Source of the DNA: Epithemia pelagica
Taxonomy: Eukaryota > Protista > Bacillariophyta
Direction of reading: 5' to 3'
DNA: 64,000 nucleotides
Assembly (NCBI GenBank): GCA_946965045.2
Contig: OX337237.1
Location: forward strand, 1,364,001 to 1,428,000
The notes under the pieces were generated by a model. It worked only from the letters and a program-made list of their open reading frames with translations, made no database searches and was not told where the DNA came from. The position numbers and the translations under genes are program-made. The first letter of the stretch is position 1, and every line of letters starts with the position of its first letter. This document shows, piece by piece, positions 52,963 through 64,000 of the stretch.

Positions 52963-53230
52963 CCCCCACGCAACAATCAACTATTCGCTGTCACCGAACC
53001 CTCTGCCCGAGACTGTGCCCTTCAACAGCAGCAAGCGGTGACAACGACAAGCGACGACAACGGCATGCGACAAGACAGCAAGCGGCAACAACGACAAGCG
53101 GCGACAACGACAAGCGACGACAGCGACATCCGACGACAATGACATACTCAACAATCAACTGCTCGTTTCGGCCAAACGGCAAAACATTCGGCGACCACGG
53201 CACGGCAACAGCACCATACTCAACACCGAA
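52199..53230. repeat. Compound non-coding repeat array built from CAACAATCAACT, AACACTCGGC, GAAC and CAA/CGA modules
   Basis: CAACAATCAACT or a near variant at 52199, 52485, 52636, 52853, 52971 and 53149. AACACTCGG(C) at ~52453, ~52530, ~52823 and ~52918. (AAC)n at ~52927-52963. Confidence 0.8.
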
Positions 53231-53698
53231 ACGATTGCCTATTGTACGACCTACGACACAGAGAAGCATGTACTAAGCTAGATAGATGTTCTGTACTAGT
53301 AGCTGTTTATATGCATACTCGTAGAGGAGGCGGGTTGATTATTGTGCTAGCGCCGCCTCACCGTGGTGATGGTGTGGGTGCAGTTGGTGAGAAGAATCTC
53401 GCAACAAAATGTGCAAGAGCATGAGGGCAATTCATTGTACTTTAGGAAAATGTATGGTGTAGTGAATCTCGTAGGGCCGGAAGTTCAACCGAGTATCGGA
53501 AACGTGAAGCACGGGCCACTACGGTTACCCATATCGATTGATGGAGCTCGTACATGAAGATACAAGAACGCGAAAGAGTTGAAGTAACGTGAAAACACCC
53601 GTTTACCGGCTATGCAGGAATTTTGTCTGCGTCAAGCACCATCAAATTCAAAGGCATCCACAACAATCCACTGACAAGGAACCAAAGACCCATGACCC

Positions 53699-54838
53699 AT
53701 GATTCGACGAATACTTCAACTGGCACCATGGATTCTCATCGTTTCCTCTTTCAGGAAAGCCTTGGCGAAGGACGACGACAGTATCGTTGGTAGTCCACTT
53801 GAGGAGGGGGCACCCGAAGACCGAACACAGGGGCGAATCCATCGTCATCCGATTGAACAACTTCCCGATATTGATCCGAACGACACATTGTATGAAGAAG
53901 AGAATGACAAGTTAGTTTGCACAACATTGGGAGTTTGTTTGTCCGACCACAGGTCGGATCCACAACCATTGGACCATGTCGTTCCTCCATCGGAATGGAT
54001 GTGTCGCGATTTGCGAGACGATTGCCCCAATCGACCAATGGAGGAATGTTTGCAACGAGGAACCATTACCCATGCCGAATGTCCCGTCACTTGTGGCACC
54101 TGTGAGGGTCGTGTCAAGACCATTCTCATGGATCGAGATCACGTCGACTCGTTCTTTCAACCTCACTTGATACCATTGGGAACTTTGGCCAGATTCTCCA
54201 ATCAACTCCTAGACGTTGTGGGGACCGACTATGGGATTCCGCAAGAAGTGGTGGATACCCAACCGTTGAAACGGGAACTGTTGGATCGAGCACGACAAGT
54301 GGCCGAATACATAGCCTATCTACCACCAGAACTGCAACAAGACTGTCGCAATCTCCACAAGAATTGCATGTTTTGGGCCGCGACAGGTGAATGCGAGGCC
54401 AATCAAGAATTCATGCATGTCGATTGTAGACCAGCCTGCTTTCGCTGTTCCGATACGAACATCTTGGATCGAGCACGACAAGTGGCCGAATACATAGCCT
54501 ATCTACCACCAGAACTGCAACAAGACTGTCGCAATCTCAACAAGCTTTGCATATTTTGGGCCGCGACAGGTGAATGCGAGGCCAATCAAGAATTCATGCA
54601 TGTCGAGTGTCGACCAGCCTGCTTTCGCTGTTCCGATACGAACATCTTGGATCGAGCACGACAAGTGGCCGAATACATGACCCGACTACCACCACAACGG
54701 CAACAAGACTGTCGCAATCTCAACAAGCTTTGCATATTTTGGGCCGCGACCGGTGAATGCGAGGCCAATCAAGGATTCATGTATGTCGAGTGTCGACCAG
54801 CCTGCTTTCGCTGTTCCGTTACGAACGACTCTGCCTAG
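53699..54838 (+). CDS. Secreted ShKT-domain repeat protein (no catalytic domain)
   Basis: Signal peptide MIRRILQLAPWILIVSSFRKALA. One divergent ShKT (CRDLRDDC...CPVTCGTC) plus three CRNLxKxCxFWAATGECEANQxFMxVxCRPACFRC units. Confidence 0.85.
   Translation: MIRRILQLAPWILIVSSFRKALAKDDDSIVGSPLEEGAPEDRTQGRIHRHPIEQLPDIDPNDTLYEEENDKLVCTTLGVCLSDHRSDPQPLDHVVPPSEWMCRDLRDDCPNRPMEECLQRGTITHAECPVTCGTCEGRVKTILMDRDHVDSFFQPHLIPLGTLARFSNQLLDVVGTDYGIPQEVVDTQPLKRELLDRARQVAEYIAYLPPELQQDCRNLHKNCMFWAATGECEANQEFMHVDCRPACFRCSDTNILDRARQVAEYIAYLPPELQQDCRNLNKLCIFWAATGECEANQEFMHVECRPACFRCSDTNILDRARQVAEYMTRLPPQRQQDCRNLNKLCIFWAATGECEANQGFMYVECRPACFRCSVTNDSA
54281..54826 (+). repeat. Three tandem near-identical 183-bp (61-codon) ShKT units
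   Basis: TTGGATCGAGCACGACAAGTGGCCGAATAC begins at 54281, 54464 and 54647 (period 183). Confidence 0.95.
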
Positions 54839-55666
54839 AACAACGAAACGATGAGACCAGTACCAACGACCAGAAGGTGGGGGAATGCCTCCTCTCTTAG
54901 AAGCACTTTGATACATACGAAGCACTCTGATACATGCTTTTTGTGCGAGACTATTATTTCTGGAGCTGTTCAGGGGCCCAATGCCGAAACGGTGGCAATA
55001 ACAGACAGGTGGAGGGTGGGAAAACTGTCCTCCGATTTACTTGGAAGGCACGAGGACACCGAATCACACACTTCATGTCGATTTCAAAAGCAAAAGGCTC
55101 GATCTTCGCTACTGTGTGTTGTCGCCAGAGACACATATGTATGGTACTCCTACAATAAGTCTACCCATTGTGGTTCACTGGGTTGAGTGTATGGACTTTC
55201 CTCTCTCTTCGCTGGTGTTTGATGGAGGGATAGCCTGGGTAGCTCGGAGTAGCTTTTTGTATGTTAAATTTGAAAGTTTAAAATGGTACGACTGCATCGC
55301 GTGTGGAGTTCGCGCGGAGAATACTCTGGGGCGGTCGAGTACATTTTGAATCATTTCGATTGCTATTCTTACGGGATCACGAAACGCTGAGGACTCCACG
55401 AGTCGGAAGTCCTCCACTCCCTACGCGAAACAACTCGCCTCTCCCTTTCTCCGACAGAAAAAATGCGTGTCTAACCGTCTAACGACTCGCTCCACGGCCA
55501 AGGCGTCCACACAACACAAACGCAACTTTTGTCGTCGAAGAAAGAGTCCACCAGCCGGTTTCGAACGATCGACGAAAGAAAGAGAGAGAGAGAGGAGCGA
55601 GTACACAAGGCCAAGCGATTTCCAAGCACACCCTCGACGGAACGAACCACAAGACCACAAGCAACC

Positions 55667-56605
55667 ATGGGTAATATGTACGCCAAGCCTCTCAAGGAGG
55701 TTCTCCGAGAGAATAAACGGATGATCAATCGATCAATTCGGGAACTAGATCGAGAAAAAACTGGTCTAGAACGAGAAGAGAAACGATTAATGATTGAAAT
55801 CAAGAAAGCAGCCAAAGAAAATCAAATGTCCTCGGTCAAAGTCATGGCCAAGGTACGACGAGTTTATGCCCATGCGTTGCGATTGCGATGCCACACTTGA
55901 TTCGTGTCATGTTCATCCACACATGGTCCCTCGTTTCTAATGTGATCTTGTTTCTTTTGTTTGATCTCTTGGCAAATGGCTGGTTTTGCACTGGAATGTG
56001 TTTTTGTTTTGAACTTTTGCTGCCATGGTTTGGTCTAAATGATTGGGTGCGACTCAATCGAATGGTCAAATGATTACCACGAAAACAATCGCTACGAATA
56101 TTTGTGCGACAACACACAGGACTTGGTGAGAACACGACAATACATTACAAAATTTATTGAAATGCGGAGTCATTTGCAGGGGGTCGCATTGAAACTCCAG
56201 ACAGTGAAATCACATCAAGCCATGGCTGAGGCCATGAAATCCACGGCCGTCGCCATGAAGCGAATGAACAAGGCGATTAATGTGCCAACGATTGCCAAAA
56301 TGATGGCCGAATTTGAAAAAGAAAATGCCCGAACGGAAATGATGCAAGAGGCCATGGGAGACGCGATTGATGATGCCTTGGCCGAAGAAGATACGGCCGA
56401 GGAAGAAGACCGCATTGTCGGTCAAGTATTGGATGAAATTGGCATTTCCTTTGGGGAAGAACTTCCACAAGCGAGCATGGCCAAACCCTTGGATGCACAA
56501 ACCAGTGGACCGGCCAAAGTGGCCGAAGCCGCCGGTGGCGGAGATACGGCCACAGATCCAGCCCTGAGTGATTTGGAATCGCGTCTCAACAATCTCAAAC
56601 GGTAA
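55667..56605 (+). CDS. VPS2: ESCRT-III subunit Vps2/CHMP2A; one intron (55853-56119)
   Basis: LRENKRMINRSIRELDRE...EIKKAAK...MAK|DLVRTRQYITKFIEMRSHLQGVALKLQT...DEIG...DLESRLNNLKR (MIM1 motif). Donor AG|gtacga, acceptor cacag|. Confidence 0.92.
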
Positions 56606-56874
56606 AATTCTCCCTTTTTAATTTAAAGATGTACTTTTCGACTTGTTTTAGAAACGCCATTGAACCATGAACGGTTGGAATTGAAACTGTGATTTTCGCG
56701 GCCTCGTGGACGGAGGATAATGAACGAGAAAGGGTAGATCAGTCCCGAGTGACCCTTTCGAACGGACGGTTGAAACCAAATTTTGGTGTGCACAGCGTTC
56801 TCATTTTTTAGGGATCACAATCTCCATCCCGTGTAATCATGGAGGGTGCAAATGTGAGGAAGTGAATTAAAACC

Positions 56875-58692
56875 ATGATCTTTCATCCACTGCTCGTGTT
56901 AGTAATGCTCGTATGGGCGAATCGGCCATCGTGTGGACAAGGTGCAACCGAAAGAGTGGTAGATGAGACTACCAATCCAAGCAACTGTCACGAAACTATT
57001 GACGAACCATTTTCCATCAGCTTGCTACAAGACATAGACCCCTACCTACATAAACTCCTGGATCGCCTTCATACCAAGGAGTTTTACATTAATGGATCCT
57101 GGGTATCACCGTATCATCAATCATCCGATTGGCAGGTTAGCAATATCACCACAAACCGTACCAAGGAGGAGGAAGAGAATGGTAATTGTCCCTCTGTGTC
57201 TTCACCTCGTTTGTCGAAAAATTTGGTCGATCCCTCCACAGGCCAAGTGTTCGCATTCATTGCCTTGGGTCAAGAGGCGGATACCAATCGTGCGGTACAA
57301 GCCGCCCATGCCGCCTATCCCCAGTGGAGTTTGGCCAGGAACCGAGACCAACGCCAGGCTCTTGTCCAACGTCTCCTCAATCTCATGAGATTGCGTCAAA
57401 CGGAAATGGCCCATGTTATCAGCCGAGAAATGGGATCACCCATTGACGTGGCCCGTACCGATCAAGTGGGAGCCGGATTGTATCAACTGGAAACCTCCTT
57501 GAACCTTTATGAGGACTATTTTGACCATGTCCGAACCTTGCCCAATGTGGACGACTACAATGCTGCTGTTCAAGATGGTGACGGCACAACCATTCTCATG
57601 CATCCCATTGGAGTAGTGGGGGCCATTACGCCTTGGAATTGGCCCTTGAATCAGATTACCATCAAGATCATTCCAGCTTTGTTGGTTGGATGCACTGTGG
57701 TTCTAAAACCAAGTGAACAGAGTCCCTTGTCGGCCCTCATTTTGGCCGAATTGGTGCACGAAGCGGGATTTCCACCCGGAGTGTTCAACTTACTTAATGG
57801 TTTAGGTCCCGTCGTTGGACAACAACTCAGTTCCCATCCATTGGTGGATATGGTGAGTTTTACCGGGTCGACAAGGGCGGGGGCAGCCGTGTCTAGGGCG
57901 GCGGCCGATTCCTTCAAAAAGGTGACGCTGGAATTGGGAGGGAAGGGCGCCTTGATCATATTTGACGACATTGGAGAGGAATGGATCCAAGAAATTCTTC
58001 CCAAGCTCCTAAGTGACTTTGAAAATTCGGGACAATCGTGTGATTTTGCTGGTCGCATTCTTGTGCATCGTTCCTTGTACGACAGAGCCGTACAAGCGGC
58101 CCAACAAGTGGCCGAAACCACAAAGGTGGCTTCCGCGCATGTTTCGGGAATGAATCATATTGGACCTGTGGCCAATCAAGTCCAATACGAACGCATTCAG
58201 TCCTTGATTCAATCCGGCTTGGATCAAGGAGCTACCCTCGTGGCAGGAGGGTTGGGAAAACCAACAGCCTTGAAAGACTCGCCCGGCTTTTTTGTTCGTC
58301 CAACCGTTTTTGCCGATTGTACGCCTGAAATGGATATTTTCCAACAAGAAATCTTTGGTCCCGTCATTTGTTTGACACCCTTTGATACCGAACAAGATGC
58401 GATTGCTTTGGCCAACGATTCGTTCTACGGCTTGTCCCATTACGTCAATACCCGGAGTGGGCCTCGTCGTCGTCGATTAGCCCATGCCTTGAAAGCAGGA
58501 CAGATTCATATGAATGACTTTGAGGGAGATATTGGAACTCCCTTTGGTGGAATGCGAGCCTCGGGCATTGGACGGGAGGGTGGGCTGTATGGTCTGGAAG
58601 AATTTTGCGAAATTAAGTCCGTGATGGGATACCATGATTCTTCCGAAGATTTGACAGAAGTACACGACGATGAGGAACAAAGCGAGAAATAG
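56875..58692 (+). CDS. NAD-dependent aldehyde dehydrogenase with N-terminal signal peptide, intronless
   Basis: PIGVVGAITPWNWP, VLKPSE, FTGST, LELGGK, NSGQSC (catalytic Cys), EIFGPV, PFGG.RASGIGREGG. N-terminus MIFHPLLVLVMLVWANRPSCG. Confidence 0.92.
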   Translation: MIFHPLLVLVMLVWANRPSCGQGATERVVDETTNPSNCHETIDEPFSISLLQDIDPYLHKLLDRLHTKEFYINGSWVSPYHQSSDWQVSNITTNRTKEEEENGNCPSVSSPRLSKNLVDPSTGQVFAFIALGQEADTNRAVQAAHAAYPQWSLARNRDQRQALVQRLLNLMRLRQTEMAHVISREMGSPIDVARTDQVGAGLYQLETSLNLYEDYFDHVRTLPNVDDYNAAVQDGDGTTILMHPIGVVGAITPWNWPLNQITIKIIPALLVGCTVVLKPSEQSPLSALILAELVHEAGFPPGVFNLLNGLGPVVGQQLSSHPLVDMVSFTGSTRAGAAVSRAAADSFKKVTLELGGKGALIIFDDIGEEWIQEILPKLLSDFENSGQSCDFAGRILVHRSLYDRAVQAAQQVAETTKVASAHVSGMNHIGPVANQVQYERIQSLIQSGLDQGATLVAGGLGKPTALKDSPGFFVRPTVFADCTPEMDIFQQEIFGPVICLTPFDTEQDAIALANDSFYGLSHYVNTRSGPRRRRLAHALKAGQIHMNDFEGDIGTPFGGMRASGIGREGGLYGLEEFCEIKSVMGYHDSSEDLTEVHDDEEQSEK

Positions 58693-58885
58693 GAACACAT
58701 TACTTCTTTGCTCACATTCAAACCACAAACATGTTTCAAAATAAATTGTACAATAATTTGACGATTGCTTCTACTGAACGATAGTATACCCCTTTCGTTT
58801 TGATTTGGCTTATATTAGTCTCTAAAGCAGTTCTCATTTTATATTGACTAAGCTTGTAATACTATTGCACCTTACTAGATAATCA

Positions 58886-61800
58886 TCATAGAAAGAGCTT
58901 TTTATCCCCAGACGTTACAATCACGACATCCTCTTCGTCGTCAAAATCATCATCATCGTAGAAGTCGTCGTCCATTTCCAAGCACTGGTCCTGGTAGGTC
59001 TCCAACGGTGCATCCGCCGTGTTGGTCGTGTGCTCAGACTGCAGCAGGCTCTGTTCTCGGAATTCGGCCACAATTTGTGTTCCTCGAGAAATCCATTCTT
59101 GTTGATTTTGAATGGCATAATTCAAGTACTCCTCACTGGAAACACCAAACACCCCGCATTCCTTGAGCTTCTTGGCTAACGGGATAATGTAATGTTCAAA
59201 AAAGGACACTTCGCCTTGATACCAAAACTCATTGGGGTCTTTTTCCGATTTACCATTTTGGTACGCCAACATCATTTCTTGGTACAATCGACTATTCCAT
59301 TTCTTGTAAACCTGAAAGTGCTGCATTGTGTGAGCCACGTCCGAGGCTTGAATGAGATGTTCCAAGACTACGGTAGCCTTGCAATTGACGGGATCACTCG
59401 GTGCGTCGTTCAATTCTCGTGCACTTTCTGAAAAGGCTCGCATCCATCGGTTTTTGCGTTGCGCCCCCAATTCCTTATCCATAATCTGTGTTGAACCAAC
59501 AAAATGGAAAAGATTGAGATACCAAGATCAGAGAGTTAATACTCAATTCATGTATTTTGCGGAGATTACTTACGTCTGTAGCCATGACGGAATTGACCAC
59601 AAGTTGTCGAAAGCGTACAAATTCATCTTCTGTGCCGTAAATGGCACTTCGAAGGTCACTGAATTGGTCTTCCATGAGAAGTTGCCATGACATATCAAAC
59701 GAGTTTTGTTCCGCCACACTCTTGTTCTTGTACTGGATGGCCAACGCACTTTGCTCCTTGACTAATTGCATGTTTGGAACACCCATATGGTCCACATCGT
59801 GAATGACCGCGGCAAAGGCGCAGGCAAACTGTGTCAATGGGTCCGTAATACCGTAAGCATGAGACTGAACTTCGTTACCTTCGTTACCTTTACCACTACC
59901 ACGTCCCTGAGAGAGAGGAGAAGCATTGCCCTTGGTGCTCTCCACAATCCGAGAGAGCAATTTGAGCACAGACATGGTTACATGAGATGCATGCTTCAAA
60001 GGAAAAAAGATAAGAAAAATTAGGACAAACATGTAAGAACATGTGTGGTTGCCAGAGAGACCAGGTGGCTGTACTGCATACTGCATACCTCAAAGTTGTG
60101 AAAGGGGTTGTTCCGGTAAAGAGCCGCAATTGCCTCAATGTACTGGCGAAGCTGGTCCTCAACTGCGGCTCCGAGTTCGTAAGTATCTGCTTCACCAGGA
60201 TTGCCTGATGGTTCAGAATAAGGAAATTGGATAATGTCTTGTACTTCATCAATAACCAAATTCCGAAGGTTCATGGTTTCTTGTTCCAACGCTCGAATCT
60301 TTTCCGTTTCCTTCTTTGACTTATCTTTGGAATTGCTGGTACGTCGTACTCCAATGTTTTGCAACATTCGAAGAAGGACATCAACGGTCCATCGAACGAG
60401 CCGATCTCTCTTTTCTTCCTCGGATGAGGCGACCAAACCCTTTCGGGCTTTGCTCTTCTTGACCATGATCCGGTTGGGATGCGACGCGGCCAACATCATA
60501 TCGGACGATTCGGACATTTCAGCCGTTTTCCCATCGCTGGATGTAGTACCAGAGGCCATGGATCGCGTACCACCCTTGACTTCCATCCAATACGTTTGCA
60601 TCTGCCCCTTGCCCTTGGCCGTGATGAGGTCTTCACGTTTGCGAATCCAGTGTCCCTTCCCTGCCTGTTGAAGCAATGTGGCAGTCTCTTGTGAAACTTG
60701 AATTCGACGAGGCGCCCCATTCGATTCCATGCGGGAGGCCGTATTCATGGTATCTCCAAAGAGTTGGAACCGAGCCCGATCTCCCCGTAAGACCCCGGCC
60801 GTAACGGGACCAGAGTGGAGTCCCACTCGAAGGTCCAAGTCGCCTGTTTCGGGTCCCAGTGCGATTTCGAGTTGATTGGTCAGCATATGAAAGTGGTACA
60901 TACAATCACGAGCAAATCGAGCCATGACAACCGCATGGTCGGCTCGTGGTTCGGGAAGACCCGCCACGGCCACATAACAATCACCAATGGTTTCCACCTT
61001 GTAAACACGACGCCGAATTGCCGTGGCATCAAAGTCGGCGTAAATGGTTTCGAGCAGGGTAAAGACTTGTTTGGGTTCGCGACTGGAGCTCCAGGCGGTG
61101 AAACCAACCATGTCGGCAAACATAATGGTCGTATCGGTAAAGAATTCGGCAATGGGTTCCGATTCGTACTTTCCCCCTTTTCGCGTTTCGTCACCATCGG
61201 AAATAAAGGCCGCCAGTTTGTCCTTGTTACTGCGACGTCGGTTCTTATTGTTGGAGAGGCTACTCTTGCGCTCGGCTTCCGCCAAGAGTCGATCTCCAAC
61301 GCTTTTGGGAAAGAGGGAATGCACCATTTCGGTCGTCCGGACGGCTGTACCCAAAACCTTTTTCTGCCTCCGTTGGACCATCCAATCGTACAAAACAAAG
61401 ACTGATACGGTAATGAGGAACACCATAAAGACAACCGAAGCATAGAGATAGGGTTGAGAGGTAATGTAGTCAGCCTCAAAGATGGGATCCGGAACCACCG
61501 TCAAGGCGTATTCGCAATGCAAATGAACTTCTTCTTCTTCCCCCAGGGACCGTTCATGCGTGTGTTCGTCCGTGTAAAATCGAGCAAACTGAGCAAAGTC
61601 TCCCGTTTCAATCAAGACATCGTACTTGCGATCGGAAATGTCGGCATTGCCACGAAAATCGACGCCTCCACCATTGACAATAAAGGAAGATCCTCGTTCG
61701 TCGGTACAGGTCGAGTTGGTCGTGACCACATAGCCACGAATCTCATCGGGAAGAATATTGGTCAGATACGCGGTCCAGGGCACCACGGCAAAGACAAAGC

Positions 61801-63095
61801 CGACAATGGTCTTTTGGCCTTGATCAAAGCTGTCGTACACTGGCTCGGCCAAAATGGTGCGTGGGACTTCGAGGGAGGTAGTGTTGGCTGTGGTGGCATA
61901 GTCAAACATGTACGTGACATTGGTCACTTCAATGAGCATCGAGTGAGAAACCTTTAATGCATCTTGGACCAAGTGTTGGAGAAGGGGGTGAGAATTCAAA
62001 TCGTAATTCAACAAGCCCGGTGAGGTGACAATCGGACCATATTGAAGGACCGGCAAGTGAAAGTCTTGTGGCTGAAGAGTCAAGTTTTTGTACTCATAGG
62101 ATTCGGGTGGAATGGGTTGAATCGTGGGAGAAATAACCGTGTCGTAAGGCGGAGAAACAAAGGGAGAGTCGGCTCCAAACTGCAAAAGACAAAAAAGGGT
62201 CCAAGAAGAACAAGAGAGAGAGAGAGTTTGAGTGTTTGTTGGAGATTCCATGGTTCCGTGATTTGACGACGACGACGACGACTACAACCAATCGACATGC
62301 TTTGCTTGGTCCACCCTGCGCTTTTGCATGAACGTACCGTATCGGTGAGAATGTCGCTCATGCCCTCGTTAAACTTGAGATTCCATTCGGCGACTTGGCT
62401 GGGAATGCGAACAATGGGGGCAAAGACAATGAGTTCGGCACCCGACAAGGTGGCCAGTTCTTGAGTTCTCGTCAGAAAGTGCGGCAAGGTGATGCATGGC
62501 CAGGTTTCATTTAGTTTGAGCGACAAGGAGGTGATGCTGGTGGAAAGGGTTTGCAATTGTCGTGTAATGGTCAAGGCTCGTTCGTTGGCACCATTCACCA
62601 AATCGTTGGCAAAGACCATAAACTAAAGTAACAAACAAGTATTATGAGTTGAATGGTTCGAAGAACAAATTAGAGTTTCAAATGAGATTGCCAGTCTCAA
62701 CACAACAACAACAAGAGACAAGATACCAAACTCACCTCAAATGTATTGTCGTCGATTTCATCTTCGCGTACAAAGTAAAAGGCAATGGCGGAAGTCACGA
62801 TAGCGAAAATGGTTAGAATGACATAGACAAGTATCTTGGATCTCCATACGGCCTTGGTTTCCGAAGTGGCTATTTGAGGATCTGAAGACTTGGTCGTAGT
62901 AGATGTCTTTTTGTCGTTGGTCGTAGAGGCTGCCTTGGGCTTGTGGAGGCTTGCATCGTATTCATCGTCGTCGTCGTCGTCGTCATCTTCGTCGTCGTTG
63001 GTCCAATCATGACCATTGTCTGAATCGTCAATCATCATGAGCATGGTCGGATCGACACCCTTGTCGGGGCGCTTCTTCTTGAGCATGTTCATCAT
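58886..63095 (-). CDS. Receptor-type guanylate/adenylate cyclase fused to a class I cyclic-nucleotide phosphodiesterase domain; 5 exons
   Basis: Introns 62623-62735, 62180-62337, 59994-60088 and 59486-59573 (all GT-AG). Two TM helices around an extracellular domain; FADMVGFTAWSS, YKVETIGDCYVAV, GLHSGPV, RFQLFGDTMNTASRMES; PDE motifs HNFEHASHV, IHDVDH, IQASDVAH. Confidence 0.92.
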
Positions 63096-63795
63096 GGTGC
63101 CGGCAATGCAATGTCGAGATGAACGAACTGGGCGTGCACGTGGACGTGACCAAGGTTCGTGTGGGAGCATGCCACGTTGTGACAAAGCCACGCGGATCGG
63201 AAGCACCACCACCAAACGACGACAAAGTACCAGTACCCCGAGAGGGAGGAGGATGCCATCCTCCCGCCACGGTCCACCAGGAACGATGAACGAACAAATC
63301 ACACTTGCTTGTGCAGGAACCACGGGATGGTGCAGAGTTTGTCGTCGGGCATGCTTGTATGTCGTTGGGGACTACGGGGGGAACAAAAGGGCTTACTTCG
63401 GAGGAACTTCACCCCATAGTCACTCTATCCGCCGAACTTCCCAGTATGCGAAGTGGTTGGGCTATTGGAACTTCGAGTCCCAAGAAGCTCGCGGGGCCCA
63501 CGCATTCAAAGTTGATTTATTGGCATAGAGAATGACACGGAAAGGCGCTTCCGCATGCTATAGTAACTACTATCGGATGGACTCGGTCACCCGGAATTGC
63601 AGTTCGGGTATGACAATGTACGTAGGATTTAAAAGGTTGGACCCGAGCTCAAATCGATGCGGGTAGGCTACCCGCGCATCCCAGGCTTTGCGTGTCCAAA
63701 TATCAGCGTGTTCCGCAGTTCCGCACTCTATCAGATACATAGTGACTTGGTGTATGGAAGTTTCAATATACTCCTACATACTTTATAGTTGATAG

Positions 63796-64000
63796 TTAGT
63801 TCTTGTCACTGAAAGATATAGTCCCAGTTTGGTGCAAGAAATGAATGTCGTCAACATTCCCTGGGTCAGCAACAGATGTTTTTCTTGATTGTGGCTTGGC
63901 ACATGCTGAAACAAGCACTACACTGTCATCGGATGATGTGTCATCGGATGCTGTGTCTTCAAGCTCCATCTTTGGACAATCCATGGGGCAAAGTTCTGTG
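63796..64000 (-). CDS. Possible 3' end of a gene entering from beyond the window
   Basis: Frame is open from the window edge (TELCPMDCPKMELEDTASDDTSSDD...DKN*). No motif. Confidence 0.35.
   Translation of the reverse strand, partial: TELCPMDCPKMELEDTASDDTSSDDSVVLVSACAKPQSRKTSVADPGNVDDIHFLHQTGTISFSDKN

Noticed and set aside
52386-53276. 296-aa ORF (QQST/NNQL/TTIN-type peptides) across the repeat array
   Set aside because: Translation simply mirrors the DNA repeat modules in all three frames; no evidence of coding constraint.
54281-54826. Regular repeats as a CRISPR array (also considered for 13255-13385 and 52199-53230)
   Set aside because: The repeats are contiguous coding units or irregular modules without unique spacers. 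There are no cas genes and the context is eukaryotic.

Overview
Gene-dense eukaryotic nuclear DNA, most probably from a pennate diatom. Supporting signs are short GT-AG introns with GTACGT/GTAAGT/GTGAGT donors, bipartite plastid-targeting peptides, a red-lineage-type NADPH oxidase, a guanylate cyclase-phosphodiesterase fusion, ShKT/prolyl-hydroxylase genes and a Lys/Gly-rich silica-protein-like gene. I can support about 28 protein genes or gene fragments, and found no rRNA, tRNA or CRISPR array. The left ~18 kb looks accessory and paralog-rich: two inverted STAND-ATPase/TPR paralogs, two myristoylation-motif TPR paralogs and a nuclease-kinase fusion. The most striking unexplained structures are: (i) two intronless effector-like genes (PD-(D/E)xK nuclease-kinase; trypsin-fold protease), each enclosed by its own short direct repeats, like pop-in/pop-out cassettes; (ii) a complete PIF/Harbinger-type MITE (31-bp TIRs, TTA target-site duplication) about 390 bp upstream of the NADPH oxidase; (iii) a 14-nt micro-exon supplying the conserved heme-ligand HH motif of that oxidase; (iv) a candidate membrane-anchored biosilica protein. 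Several genes carry single-base frameshifts in homopolymer runs, which may be assembly errors. All family assignments come from motif recognition by eye; no database search was run.
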